Below, in pieces: positions 20,344-28,868 of a DNA stretch of 64,000 nucleotides (within the stretch, counting starts at the first letter, position 1; every line of letters starts with the position of its first letter). Source of the DNA: Alphaproteobacteria bacterium (GTDB lineage: Bacteria > Pseudomonadota > Alphaproteobacteria > RF32 > CAG-239); NCBI GenBank assembly GCA_017961285.1, contig JAGCXO010000013.1:8480-72479 (forward strand). The letters run 5' to 3'. Under the pieces are notes generated by a model. That model worked only from the letters and a program-made list of their open reading frames with translations. It did no database searches and was not told where the DNA came from. The translations under genes and the position numbers were made by a program.

Positions 20344-21465
20344 ATGAAAATGTGGATTGTGATAATGTGGACGGCGCTTTTTATTACCGGAGCGGCGTGG
20401 GTTTATGTGAGCAATCGTGTTTGTAAGTTTGGTTGGGCGAAAAAGCTGACAAAAGACAACGAAAAGAAAAAAGCTTTGCTGGGCGGCGGGTTGACTGCCG
20501 TTGGTGTTTGTATAACCGGATTTATATTGGGTTTTGTTAACGCGATGGTTTGCCTGATATATTTTGCGCTGGCGTGGCTATTATGCGATAGTTTGTTTTG
20601 GGCAATCGAGAAATTGAGCGGTGCAAAATTTTCGGCTTATTATGCCGGTGTGGCAGCGGTGCTTTTGGCAATTTGCGCTTTGGCCGCGGGGTGGTATTAT
20701 GACCATAATGTATGGCAAACCAACTATGTTTTGAAAACTGAAAAAAATGTGAATGATTTGCGGATTGTTGCTTTTGCGGATGCGCATTTGGGAACAACTT
20801 TTGATGCCAAGGGTTTTGCAAAACATGTTGCGGAAATGGAAAAGCAAAATCCTGATGTTGTGCTGGTGGTTGGAGATTTTGTTGATGACGGAACTTCAAA
20901 AGAAGATATGGTTGAGGCTTGTCGGCTTTTGGGAAATATGAAAACAAAGTATGGAGTTTATTTTGTTTTCGGTAATCATGACAAAGGATATTACGGAGCG
21001 CAATACAGAGGCTTTGGAATTGATGTTTTGGTGTCCGAGTTGTTGAAAAATAATGTCAGAATTTTGCAAGATGAATCGGTGCAGATAAATGATGATTTTT
21101 ATATTGTCGGACGGCGGGATTTTTCGGAAGTGAGAGAGCGCAGAGGTTATCGGCAATCAATGCAAGAGCTGATGAGAAATTTGGAGCCGGAAAAATTTGT
21201 AATTGTAGCAGACCACCAGCCGGCCGATTTTGATGGTGAAGCAAATGCCGGCGCAGATTTGGTGATTGCCGGACATACGCACGGAGGGCAGCTTTTTCCG
21301 TTCAATAGTGTGGGGAAATGGATTGGTGCCAATGATGAAATTTATGGTTTGAGCAGGAGAAAAAATACCGATTTTATCGTTACCTCCGGCATTTCGGCTT
21401 GGGCAATAAAATTCAAAACCGGAACAAAGTCCGAGTTTGTGGTTGTTGATGTGAAGGGAAATTAG
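20344..21465 (+). CDS. Membrane-anchored metallophosphoesterase (calcineurin-like)
   Basis: N-terminal TM helices precede the motifs DAHLG, GDFVDDG, GNHD and GHTHGG. Confidence 0.7.
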   Translation: MKMWIVIMWTALFITGAAWVYVSNRVCKFGWAKKLTKDNEKKKALLGGGLTAVGVCITGFILGFVNAMVCLIYFALAWLLCDSLFWAIEKLSGAKFSAYYAGVAAVLLAICALAAGWYYDHNVWQTNYVLKTEKNVNDLRIVAFADAHLGTTFDAKGFAKHVAEMEKQNPDVVLVVGDFVDDGTSKEDMVEACRLLGNMKTKYGVYFVFGNHDKGYYGAQYRGFGIDVLVSELLKNNVRILQDESVQINDDFYIVGRRDFSEVRERRGYRQSMQELMRNLEPEKFVIVADHQPADFDGEANAGADLVIAGHTHGGQLFPFNSVGKWIGANDEIYGLSRRKNTDFIVTSGISAWAIKFKTGTKSEFVVVDVKGN

Positions 21466-22412
21466 CGTGTTTGCTGAAAGTCTCGCGCTGTAACTTGGTA
21501 TGTGCTTGTAGGTTGGGGGACTTTTATTTTTATGCCTAAGTCTTTATCGCAATGTTCCAAAAGGCGTGACATTTCTGCGGTGAGACTTGTGGAGCCTGCG
21601 GAACCGATAGTTTCTTGGTTGTAATACATTCCGGCATTGACATCGGTGATTGTTGTGTTTGAAAGCTGATCTTTTGATATTCCGGCTTTTTGGGCGGCGG
21701 TTTTGCAGAGGGTAGAGCAACCCGGATATTCTTCAAAAAAGTCTTTATAGCCTTTTGGGGCGTTTCCTGTTTCTACCGCGGCATACATGGACCATATTTG
21801 CGCGGCATCTTTTTCGTATGATGTCAGTTCATTGACGGATTCTTTGGCATATTCTGAAGATTGTATTTTATCCATGGCTTCTGAGGCCTTGGGGTTGTTG
21901 GCAAGATATGTCAGAATATTGCTTCTAAGGTTTTGGTTTCCATTATTGGCAGCAGTTTTTTCGGCAGTATTAAAATCTCGTAAGCCGCGGTTGGTTTTGA
22001 CATATTCTTGGGTTTCGTCACACATATCTTTTGCGTCTGGATATTGGTTGAAAAACTCTTTGCATTTATCTTTTTCTGTCGGAGAAACAGTGTTATATGA
22101 TGTATCATCAAAGTAGGCCAAACGATACATATCAAATAATTTTTCTGCCTTGCTGCAGATGTGGTCGTTTTTTTGCAAGGCGGCGTGTGTTTGTTCAATG
22201 TTGTTGGTTTTCGGGTCTTGAGTTTTTATTTCTTGTGCATCTGCCTCGTATTTAGTGAGTAAAAGCGCAGTTGTTAATCCAAGCATTTTTATGGATTGTC
22301 TGAGGATTTTTCGACTTTTTTGGTTCTCTTTGGCCTTTGCAATTCTTTCTTGCATATCATTATTGTTACTCATACGTGTTCTCCCGAAGAATTTATATGT
22401 TAATTGTAGCAT
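21462..22412 (-). CDS. Secreted hypothetical protein (Cys-containing, no recognisable domain)
   Basis: The 316-aa product has a hydrophobic segment LGLTTALLLTKYEADA near the N-terminus. It is convergent with and 4 bp overlapping the phosphoesterase gene. Confidence 0.4.
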   Translation of the reverse strand: MLQLTYKFFGRTRMSNNNDMQERIAKAKENQKSRKILRQSIKMLGLTTALLLTKYEADAQEIKTQDPKTNNIEQTHAALQKNDHICSKAEKLFDMYRLAYFDDTSYNTVSPTEKDKCKEFFNQYPDAKDMCDETQEYVKTNRGLRDFNTAEKTAANNGNQNLRSNILTYLANNPKASEAMDKIQSSEYAKESVNELTSYEKDAAQIWSMYAAVETGNAPKGYKDFFEEYPGCSTLCKTAAQKAGISKDQLSNTTITDVNAGMYYNQETIGSAGSTSLTAEMSRLLEHCDKDLGIKIKVPQPTSTYQVTARDFQQTR

Positions 22413-22544
22413 ATAATGTTGGTTTTGTAAAGCTTTTTTGTCTAATTGGTTGTATGATAACTTGAAAATATTAAAATTTATTTTTTACTTGATTTATGAA
22501 TTTGCGTATTTATAATATTTGCAATTGTTTATAAATAGCATGTT

Positions 22545-23639
22545 TTGGAGAAGATAATGAAAAAGATTTTTTTATTTTTGCTAGTGTTATGTGTTGCGGC
22601 TTGTGATAATTCGGCAAAAAATGAAGTGCAAAATGGCAAACCAACAATAAAAGTCGGCGTGGTTACGTCTTTGTCGGGAAAATTTGCCGAAAACGGGCAA
22701 AATGTGCAAAAAACCTTGGAACTTGCGCTCAAAGATGCGGCTCCGAAGAATGTTGATATAGAATATGTTTATGAAGATTTTGGTTATGAAGCTGCTCATG
22801 CTGCATTGGCTGCACAAAAACTGATAAATGTTGATAAAGTTGATGCCATAATTTCGTGGTCGGCAGTTGCCGGTAATGTGATTGCTCCGATTGCAGACAG
22901 AGCTGGTATTTTCCATTTTGGCATAAGCAACGATAAAAATATTGCTAAAGGAAAATATAATTTTATTCACTGGACACAATCCGAGTTTTTGGCTGACAAA
23001 GCTGTTGAGTTGATTGAAAAAGAACAGCCGAAAAATGTGGCTATGTTTGTGGTTTATCAACCCGGGCTGCAGCAAACGGCAGATTCAATTGAGAGCAAGT
23101 TGCATGATAAGAATATTCAAACTGAACGCGTGAACTTTACGATTGATAACAAAGATTTTAATATGGATGTCGATAAGTTTAAGCGCAAGGATTTTGATGT
23201 CTGGTATATCAGCGCTTTGCCGCCGAGCCTTGATATTTTGTTGAAAGTTATATTTGAGAAAAATGTTAATAAGCCTTTGATTGCAGTTGATTCATTCCAT
23301 TTTTCCAATTTGAAAGATAAGCTGGAAGGAATGAAATATGTTACAGTTCCTGAAGGTGATGAAGGTTTGTTGCAACGTGTTAATGAAGAGACAGGTTCTA
23401 CAAACTATTTCTCTCTCGGTTATGTATATGATGCCGGATATATTTTGGCAAATGTTTATTCGGACTTGTATGAGAAATTTGGACATGTGCCGAGTGCAGA
23501 AGAAATTGCAAACAGAATTTTGGAGATTAAAAATTTCCATGGCTCCGTAGGCGAAATATTTGTTGATGAGGGTGGAATTTTCCAATCTGAAGCGGTTGTA
23601 AAACAGATTAAGGACGGAAAGTCGGTGCTTGTGAAATAA
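22545..23639 (+). CDS. ABC-transporter periplasmic substrate-binding protein (type I PBP, Leu/Ile/Val-binding family-like)
   Basis: The product has a signal peptide with a lipobox-like LCVAAC and then KVGVVTSLSGKFAENGQN, which is typical of LivJ-type binding proteins. There are no adjacent permease or ATPase genes. Confidence 0.6.
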   Translation: MEKIMKKIFLFLLVLCVAACDNSAKNEVQNGKPTIKVGVVTSLSGKFAENGQNVQKTLELALKDAAPKNVDIEYVYEDFGYEAAHAALAAQKLINVDKVDAIISWSAVAGNVIAPIADRAGIFHFGISNDKNIAKGKYNFIHWTQSEFLADKAVELIEKEQPKNVAMFVVYQPGLQQTADSIESKLHDKNIQTERVNFTIDNKDFNMDVDKFKRKDFDVWYISALPPSLDILLKVIFEKNVNKPLIAVDSFHFSNLKDKLEGMKYVTVPEGDEGLLQRVNEETGSTNYFSLGYVYDAGYILANVYSDLYEKFGHVPSAEEIANRILEIKNFHGSVGEIFVDEGGIFQSEAVVKQIKDGKSVLVK

Positions 23640-23710
23640 GATAGTAAGTTTGCGAACTTAAAAATTTTGCTTGCATTTTAGAGAATATGGCTATATAGAA
23701 AAGCTGTGTT

Positions 23711-23787
23711 CGGGACGTAGTTCAGCCTGGTAGAGCGCTTGCATGGGGTGCAAGAAGTCGGAGGTTCGAATCCTCTCGTCCCGACCA
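23711..23787 (+). tRNA. tRNA-Pro (anticodon GGG)
   Basis: I folded the cloverleaf by hand. The acceptor stem is CGGGACG/CGTCCCG, the D arm GTTC..GAGC, the anticodon stem CTTGC/GCAAG with loop ATGGGGT (anticodon GGG), and the T arm GGAGG-TTCGAAT-CCTCT. An encoded CCA follows. Confidence 0.85.
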
Positions 23788-23789
23788 AC

Positions 23790-23822
23790 AAAAAAGCCTG
23801 CCCTTGTGGTAGGCTTTTTTGT
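23790..23822 (+). terminator. Rho-independent terminator after tRNA-Pro
   Basis: AAAAAGCCTGCCCTTGTGGTAGGCTTTTTTG has a stem AGCCT/AGGCT followed by a T-run. Confidence 0.7.
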
Positions 23823-23941
23823 TGGTTTTGGGTTAGGGTTCGAACCTACGAGAAAGGAGGTTTGACTACCAGCGAAAGCCGAGCGGAAGCGCGGCGGTGA
23901 GCGAAAGCGAATGAGCACAGTGAACGTAGCGTTAGCGAAGT

Positions 23942-23968
23942 AATCTCTCGTCCCGACCAATAAAAAAG
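23942..23968 (+). repeat. Direct repeat of the tRNA-Pro 3' end (att-like scar), followed by a second terminator-like hairpin (23962-23994)
   Basis: AATCTCTCGTCCCGACCAATAAAAAAG at 23942-23968 repeats AATCCTCTCGTCCCGACCAACAAAAAAG at 23769-23796. Confidence 0.7.
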
Positions 23969-24005
23969 TGCACCTTAATGGTGTCCTTTTTTATTGGAGA
24001 GAATA

Positions 24006-25244
24006 TTATCTCATTTTGATTGCGGATTGCGAGCAGACAAGAGAGCAGAGCGAACAACCGATACATTTTGTTTTATCAAGATCAATATGCCCGTTTTCTT
24101 TTGATAGGGCACTGTGTTCCTGTTCATCACATATAGTTACGCATTTGCCGCATTTTAGGCAAGTTTCATCATTGATATATGGATAATATTGGCGCTGTTT
24201 GTTTAAATCTTTATGAGCTGTCAATTTGATAAATGCCTTGTTTTTCAAATCTGCCGGCGAATCAAATCCTTTGTCTTCCAAGTAGGTCAATAGCCCTTTG
24301 CACATTGGTTTTATAATGCTGTATCCGTTAACCATAACTTCGGTGCAAACCTGGACAACATCGGCGCCTATAGATATATATTCGGCGGCATCATGCCAGT
24401 TGGCTATTCCGCCAATGCCTAAAATCGGCAAATCTGTGGTTTGTCTGACTTGGGCAACACAACGCAAACCAATCGGCTTGACGGCAATTCCCGAATAGCC
24501 GCCGAAAGTTGATGTGCCGTTGACATTCGGTTGCGGTTCAAAAGTATCTAAATCTACTCCCATAAGCGATTGAACGGTATTAATCGCACTCAAGCCGTCG
24601 GCTTTGGCGTTGACAACAGCTTGGGTTATCTCGGTAATGTTGCTAACGTTGGGGGAGAGCTTTACAAAGACCGGTTTTTCGGATACTTCTTTTACCCAAG
24701 TGGTTATGTTTGCCGAAATTTCGGGATGTGTGCCGATGGCCATACCGATACCTTTTTCCGGCATGCCGTGAGGACAAGAAAAGTTTAGTTCAAAGGCATC
24801 AATCGGGGAGTTGTTGAAAGTTTTGACAAGTTTTTGCCATTCTTCTTTGATGACCGGAGCCATAATGCTGGCGATAATGACTTTGGTCGGGTGATTGGCT
24901 TTGAGATAGGCAATTCCGTCTAGCCATTCCTGCACGGTTAAATGGCTGAGCATTTCTATGTTTTCAAAACCATAAATTTTGCCGTTTGCTTTCCATGCGG
25001 CGTAGCGTGGGCTGGCTTCTATCATCTCAAGATTGTCAGGGGTAATTGTTTTGAGTACGGCACCGCCCCATCCCATTTTGAAGGCTTTGTCAATGCTGTC
25101 AATGCGGGCTGTCGGCGGGGCTGAAGCTAAAAGAAACGGATTTTCAAATTCAATGTTATAAATTTTGGTTTTCAATGTAGCCATTTTTGTGTCCTTAATC
25201 TGTGTATTGTGCGTGTATTTTATATTGGAATATGCTATTGTCAA
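24006..25244 (-). CDS. preA: NAD-dependent dihydropyrimidine dehydrogenase subunit PreA-like (DHOD-like TIM barrel with C-terminal 2x[4Fe-4S] ferredoxin)
   Basis: The 412-aa product contains FENPFLLASAPPT, GWGGAVLKTI, FELNFSCPHGMPE, GGYSGIAVKPIGLR and C-terminal CLKCGKCVTIC...CIGCSLCSLVC clusters. Confidence 0.75.
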   Translation of the reverse strand: MTIAYSNIKYTHNTQIKDTKMATLKTKIYNIEFENPFLLASAPPTARIDSIDKAFKMGWGGAVLKTITPDNLEMIEASPRYAAWKANGKIYGFENIEMLSHLTVQEWLDGIAYLKANHPTKVIIASIMAPVIKEEWQKLVKTFNNSPIDAFELNFSCPHGMPEKGIGMAIGTHPEISANITTWVKEVSEKPVFVKLSPNVSNITEITQAVVNAKADGLSAINTVQSLMGVDLDTFEPQPNVNGTSTFGGYSGIAVKPIGLRCVAQVRQTTDLPILGIGGIANWHDAAEYISIGADVVQVCTEVMVNGYSIIKPMCKGLLTYLEDKGFDSPADLKNKAFIKLTAHKDLNKQRQYYPYINDETCLKCGKCVTICDEQEHSALSKENGHIDLDKTKCIGCSLCSLVCSQSAIKMR

Positions 25245-25355
25245 ATGTTAATGCTGTTAAAGTCTGCATAATAGTTGTTTGTGCTATTGCGTATTGACAA
25301 AAAATTTTCCCCGATTATATTTGTGGCAGTTAATAATTATTAAAAATATTTTTTT

Positions 25356-25784
25356 ATGATAACAGGATTAGTTTTTATTATCGTAGCCTGGGTAATATAT
25401 GTTGTCTTGGGCTTTATTGGCAGATTTGCCAGTGATGGACAGCGTCGAAGAGATGCTCTCGACTTTAAAATTGATGATTTGCTTGATCATCATCATTCGA
25501 ATTATTGGTTTTTTGATGAAACTAAGGAAATGGTTTATCGGGCATTTTTGTTGCTCAGTTTTTGTCTTTATGTCGTGGGGGTGATTGTTTTTGTTTTCAA
25601 TCTTAATTGCTTTCCGGTAGATTTTAATGTGATTATGAAGCTGTTTGTTGCCTTTTTGGGTGGCTGTGCTGCCGGTTGGACTTTGATTGTGCTGGCAAAT
25701 CTAATTGTTTCAGGAATACCGATTTTGGGAATAATAATTACGGTGTTTCCGCTAATGCTTTGGGATTGGTTACACGGCAGATAA
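25356..25784 (+). CDS. Small integral membrane protein (3-4 predicted TM helices), unknown function
   Basis: The 142-aa product is very hydrophobic. Confidence 0.4.
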   Translation: MITGLVFIIVAWVIYVVLGFIGRFASDGQRRRDALDFKIDDLLDHHHSNYWFFDETKEMVYRAFLLLSFCLYVVGVIVFVFNLNCFPVDFNVIMKLFVAFLGGCAAGWTLIVLANLIVSGIPILGIIITVFPLMLWDWLHGR

Positions 25785-25799
25785 TCTTGTGTTTATGAA

Positions 25800-25848
25800 T
25801 AAAAAATCCGCATAATTTCGTTGTGGCGAAAGATGCGGATTTTTTTTG
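25800..25848. terminator. Bidirectional rho-independent terminator
   Basis: AAAAAATCCGCAT-(loop)-ATGCGGATTTTTTTT forms an 8-bp stem ATCCGCAT/ATGCGGAT flanked by an A-run and a T-run between convergent genes. Confidence 0.75.
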
Positions 25849-25871
25849 GTTTGACTTGGAATTAAATTTTA

Positions 25872-27245
25872 TTATTTGCGACCGCTGTTTTTTAGGGCTT
25901 GTTGGAGAGCAAAAGCTAGCGCATTATTGCTTGATTGGGTTTCATTAGACGGCGTTTCTTGTTGTTTTTCTTTGCCAGAGACTTTAGCAAACAATTTGTT
26001 GTTATCTAAAATTTGGTTATCAATGTCATTTTGCTCGCTTTCCAAATCCCAAACTTTGCCCATGAGCATATCATAATTGCCACCATGTGCTCCGTGAGTT
26101 CTTTTTTCGGCTTCTTTGATTTTGTCATCCAAGCGATAATACTCTAAATATCCCTCAACGGTTTCATAAAACTCTTCCGAGGTCGCAGGACGTAGAAAAG
26201 CACATCTTCGTGCTTGTTCCAAAGAAGTCCCCGGCTTGCCACGATATAGAGCATAACTGGCATTTGTGTCCTGTTTTTCAAGTTCTGAATCCATTATAGA
26301 ATAAAATTCTTCTTCATTGATTTCTTTACCTAAAGCATTGCGGAATTTTTCTTCATTAAAAGTTCCTCCGCCGTAGATATTGCTTTTTCCCCATTCAAAC
26401 GATGCAATGGGGGTGGTGTGACGATACATAGTAAATTTTTTTCCTACGCGTCCAAGCCATAAATCGGGTCCTAAAAAGATTTGATATTCGGTTTTTGGAA
26501 GTTTGTAGGAGTTGCCTTCGGCATCAACGGAAAAGACGTCACCCAACTGGTAATATCCTCTCGGTGCGGAAGTTTTTGTGCTTGAAGAAGCGGGAGTAAT
26601 ATTTTGTGCCTTTTTCTCCGGTGTTCCGAAAACGTTTAAGACGTCGCGACCATATTCCATAGCGGCTAATCTTTTTGCATCTTTGGCAGAGCCTGCGGAT
26701 GTATAGATTGTTTCCCCGGTTGGTAAGGTCAGTGCAACGGTAACGACTTGACTTCCATTTCCCTGCATGACGTTAACGGTTTGATATGTCGGCACAATGA
26801 TTTTTCCATTTTCGTCTTTAATGCAATTTGCAGGACTTTGAAAATGTTCTTGCAATGCGTTAATGGGATTTTCTTGCCATAGTTTGGCTGCGCGATTTTC
26901 TTGTGCTGATTGTTTTTCGGCTTGCTTTTCCGGGTGAGCCAATCTTTCTTTTGCAGCGTTGACAACATGTATAATTTGTTGTTTTTTTACAGGCACTACT
27001 TCTCCTTTTTTCTTGGTTTCGTTCAAAAGCCAATTGTTGATGGTTTCATTGTTGCTGGAGGGAATATAAAGACCTTTTTCATTTAGTGTAAAAGTTAAAG
27101 AAATTCCTTTTTCTTTATCTACCCATGTTTTGATGATATTTTGTGGCATTGTAAAATCTCCTTTGGTGTGTTGATATTGCACATCATAACATATTTTTCT
27201 ATTTTTGTCTATATAAATCGTATTTTGAAAAATTGATTTTTTCAT
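25872..27245 (-). CDS. Hypothetical cytoplasmic protein (457 aa) with a possible dsRBD-like motif
   Basis: There is no signal peptide. The segment VVTVALTLPTGETIYTSAGSAKDAKRLAAMEYGRDVLN resembles the beta-strand plus GxG-SKKxAKxxAA helix pattern of dsRNA-binding domains. The gene is preceded by a very AT-rich region at 27250-27390. Confidence 0.4.
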   Translation of the reverse strand: MKKSIFQNTIYIDKNRKICYDVQYQHTKGDFTMPQNIIKTWVDKEKGISLTFTLNEKGLYIPSSNNETINNWLLNETKKKGEVVPVKKQQIIHVVNAAKERLAHPEKQAEKQSAQENRAAKLWQENPINALQEHFQSPANCIKDENGKIIVPTYQTVNVMQGNGSQVVTVALTLPTGETIYTSAGSAKDAKRLAAMEYGRDVLNVFGTPEKKAQNITPASSSTKTSAPRGYYQLGDVFSVDAEGNSYKLPKTEYQIFLGPDLWLGRVGKKFTMYRHTTPIASFEWGKSNIYGGGTFNEEKFRNALGKEINEEEFYSIMDSELEKQDTNASYALYRGKPGTSLEQARRCAFLRPATSEEFYETVEGYLEYYRLDDKIKEAEKRTHGAHGGNYDMLMGKVWDLESEQNDIDNQILDNNKLFAKVSGKEKQQETPSNETQSSNNALAFALQQALKNSGRK

Positions 27246-27394
27246 GTCTGATAGTTTGTTGTTTTTACACTATAAAATTTCAAATTTTTTATATTTCTAA
27301 CAGGAAAACAAAAACAAAACTTGACAAAAATATCAAAAAAGGTTATATTGAGGTTGTTAAATAGAATTATTGTTTCACCAAAAAAAATAAGTAT

Positions 27395-27580
27395 ATGAAA
27401 AAGTTAGGAATTATTTTTATTGTTATGGCAGGAATTGACGTTATTGTCACCCTGATCTGTGGATGTAAAGATCAAATGACCGCCGCAGGATGGGCACTGG
27501 TTTGTGCAGGCATCTTTGTCTGGTTGGGATTGATTCTGTTGGGTATCAGCAGATTGCGAGAGAAAAATATGGGATTTTAG
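27395..27580 (+). CDS. Possible small membrane protein (61 aa, two TM helices)
   Basis: MKKLGIIFIVMAGIDVIVTLICG...WALVCAGIFVWLGLILLGI. An AT-rich promoter-like region lies upstream. Coding status is uncertain. Confidence 0.3.
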   Translation: MKKLGIIFIVMAGIDVIVTLICGCKDQMTAAGWALVCAGIFVWLGLILLGISRLREKNMGF

Positions 27581-27723
27581 TCATTTCTGCCGCCTCAGCT
27601 CCTTTTTTGAACTTTCCAAATTTTGGAATACAGTTCATTAAAGGAGCTATTTTTTTGCCCAAATGTCATGCCTCTGAGCATTGAAAAATGCGAGGTCAAG
27701 CGGTATTTGAGTTAGTTTTTATG

Positions 27724-27761
27724 TCACCCCTCCAAAAACGTAAGTTTTTGGTCAAGGGGTC
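27724..27761. repeat. Stem-loop element: CACCCCT-CCAAAAAC-gtaa-GTTTTTGG-TCAAGGGG
   Basis: There is a perfect 8-bp stem CCAAAAAC/GTTTTTGG with a GTAA loop, extended by CCCCT/AGGGG. It is immediately followed by GTCAAGGGGTCTACGAATTTT, which is the reverse complement of the element at 54209-54230 with one mismatch. Confidence 0.7.
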
Positions 27762-27815
27762 TACGAATTTTAATAAGGAAGCAGTGCTGACGCACTGAAG
27801 TTTAGATCCCTTGAT

Positions 27816-27894
27816 GCACGGACGCTTACGCGCCGAGCAAGGGATGACGATGTTTTAAGCACGGACGCTTACGCGCCGAGCAAGGGATGACGAT
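27816..27894. repeat. Tandem direct repeat, 2 x 36 bp GC-rich unit with a 7-bp spacer
   Basis: The unit GCACGGACGCTTACGCGCCGAGCAAGGGATGACGAT is identical at 27816-27851 and 27859-27894. Each unit lies within an inverted repeat ATCCCTTG..CAAGGGAT. The flanking TAGATCCCTTGA recurs at 27803 and 27907. Confidence 0.85.
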
Positions 27895-27954
27895 AATTCT
27901 AATTCATAGATCCCTTGAATTTTTTGATGATAGTAAAAAATAGGGATTTTAATG

Positions 27955-28431
27955 TTATTTTCTGAATAGTCTGTCAAAATTGATAAAAAACAAGGTGGCA
28001 GAAGTTATGAGCATGGCAAAAGCTAAAATGCTTCCGGCAAAGCATAGCCAAAGCGGTGTGTTTTCGTAAAAAAATAAATAACCGCTCAAAATTGCAGCAC
28101 TGATGAACGGTAAAAACAGCAAATCTTTGCAGATAAATATTTTCTTTTTCAACAAAAACATTATTGCGTTGATGCAGAGCAGGGCGATTATTTCTGCCAA
28201 AATGACCAAATGCGCTACTTGTCCGCTGTCGTGCCACGGAGAAAATGATAGTTTGGCGCTGTATATGATGAAAGTGTTATAGGTGAGCGTTAGGAAAACA
28301 ACATATAATAGCAGATAAAGGGTTTTATAAACCTTGGTGTTGTCAACCCAAAATATTGCGGCGATAAGCAGGCTCAAAATAATTATAAAAGGCATATTAA
28401 AAGGCATTTTTATCCTCCTTGTTGTTCCCAA
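27955..28431 (-). CDS. Integral membrane protein, unknown function (co-transcribed with holC; 22-bp overlap)
   Basis: The 158-aa product has about four hydrophobic helices. Confidence 0.4.
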   Translation of the reverse strand: MGTTRRIKMPFNMPFIIILSLLIAAIFWVDNTKVYKTLYLLLYVVFLTLTYNTFIIYSAKLSFSPWHDSGQVAHLVILAEIIALLCINAIMFLLKKKIFICKDLLFLPFISAAILSGYLFFYENTPLWLCFAGSILAFAMLITSATLFFINFDRLFRK

Positions 28432-28868
28432 ATTCCGTTGTCATTGCGTTTCCAATATGATACATCAAGGGAATTTTGTTTGAGTTCTTTCCAAAAATTG
28501 CGCGCTTTTTCAACCGCCGGCGCAGAGTTGCCGTCAAAAATGTTAAATACACGTTCAAATTTTTTTATTTCTTCACAATCGGCTTCGGCGCCGTCGGTCA
28601 AAAATAAGAAATCTGCATTATTGGGGTTGTCGTTTTCAGAGGTCAGCCAAATCGGCTGTGCTTCTGCATGTCCGTCTTTTTTGCTGCCGTGAGGTAAAAA
28701 GGATTCTTCATCATAAGTCCATAGCAGGTTGTTGATAAACTCCACTCGTTCTTCGTTGCCAATTCTTATCAATATTTTTTTGCCAAGTTGGTATGATTTT
28801 TCCAAAAGCTTGGGCAAGACATTTTCTAAGGTTTGGTTTTGCAGATGATAAAAGTCTATCTTAGTCAT
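28410..28868 (-). CDS. holC: DNA polymerase III chi subunit
   Basis: The 152-aa product starts MTKIDFYHLQNQTLENVLPKLLEKSYQLGKKILIRIGNEERVEFINNLLWTY, which matches the conserved HolC N-terminus pattern (FY.L....L.....L.EKA...G.R). Confidence 0.75.
   Translation of the reverse strand: MTKIDFYHLQNQTLENVLPKLLEKSYQLGKKILIRIGNEERVEFINNLLWTYDEESFLPHGSKKDGHAEAQPIWLTSENDNPNNADFLFLTDGAEADCEEIKKFERVFNIFDGNSAPAVEKARNFWKELKQNSLDVSYWKRNDNGIWEQQGG

Noticed and set aside
23797-23941. Truncated tRNA within the GC-rich fragment (GGTTCGAACC looks like a T-loop)
   Set aside because: It is only a 10-bp palindrome. No acceptor, D or anticodon arms can be drawn around it.
23691-23960. 89-aa minus-strand ORF overlapping the tRNA-Pro
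   Set aside because: It overlaps a confidently folded tRNA and the terminator hairpins. It is a low-complexity Arg/Pro-rich translation of GC-rich non-coding DNA.
27816-27894. Possible CRISPR array
   Set aside because: There are only two identical 36-bp units, so the intervening 7 bp is not a spacer. There are no further repeats and no cas genes anywhere in the window.
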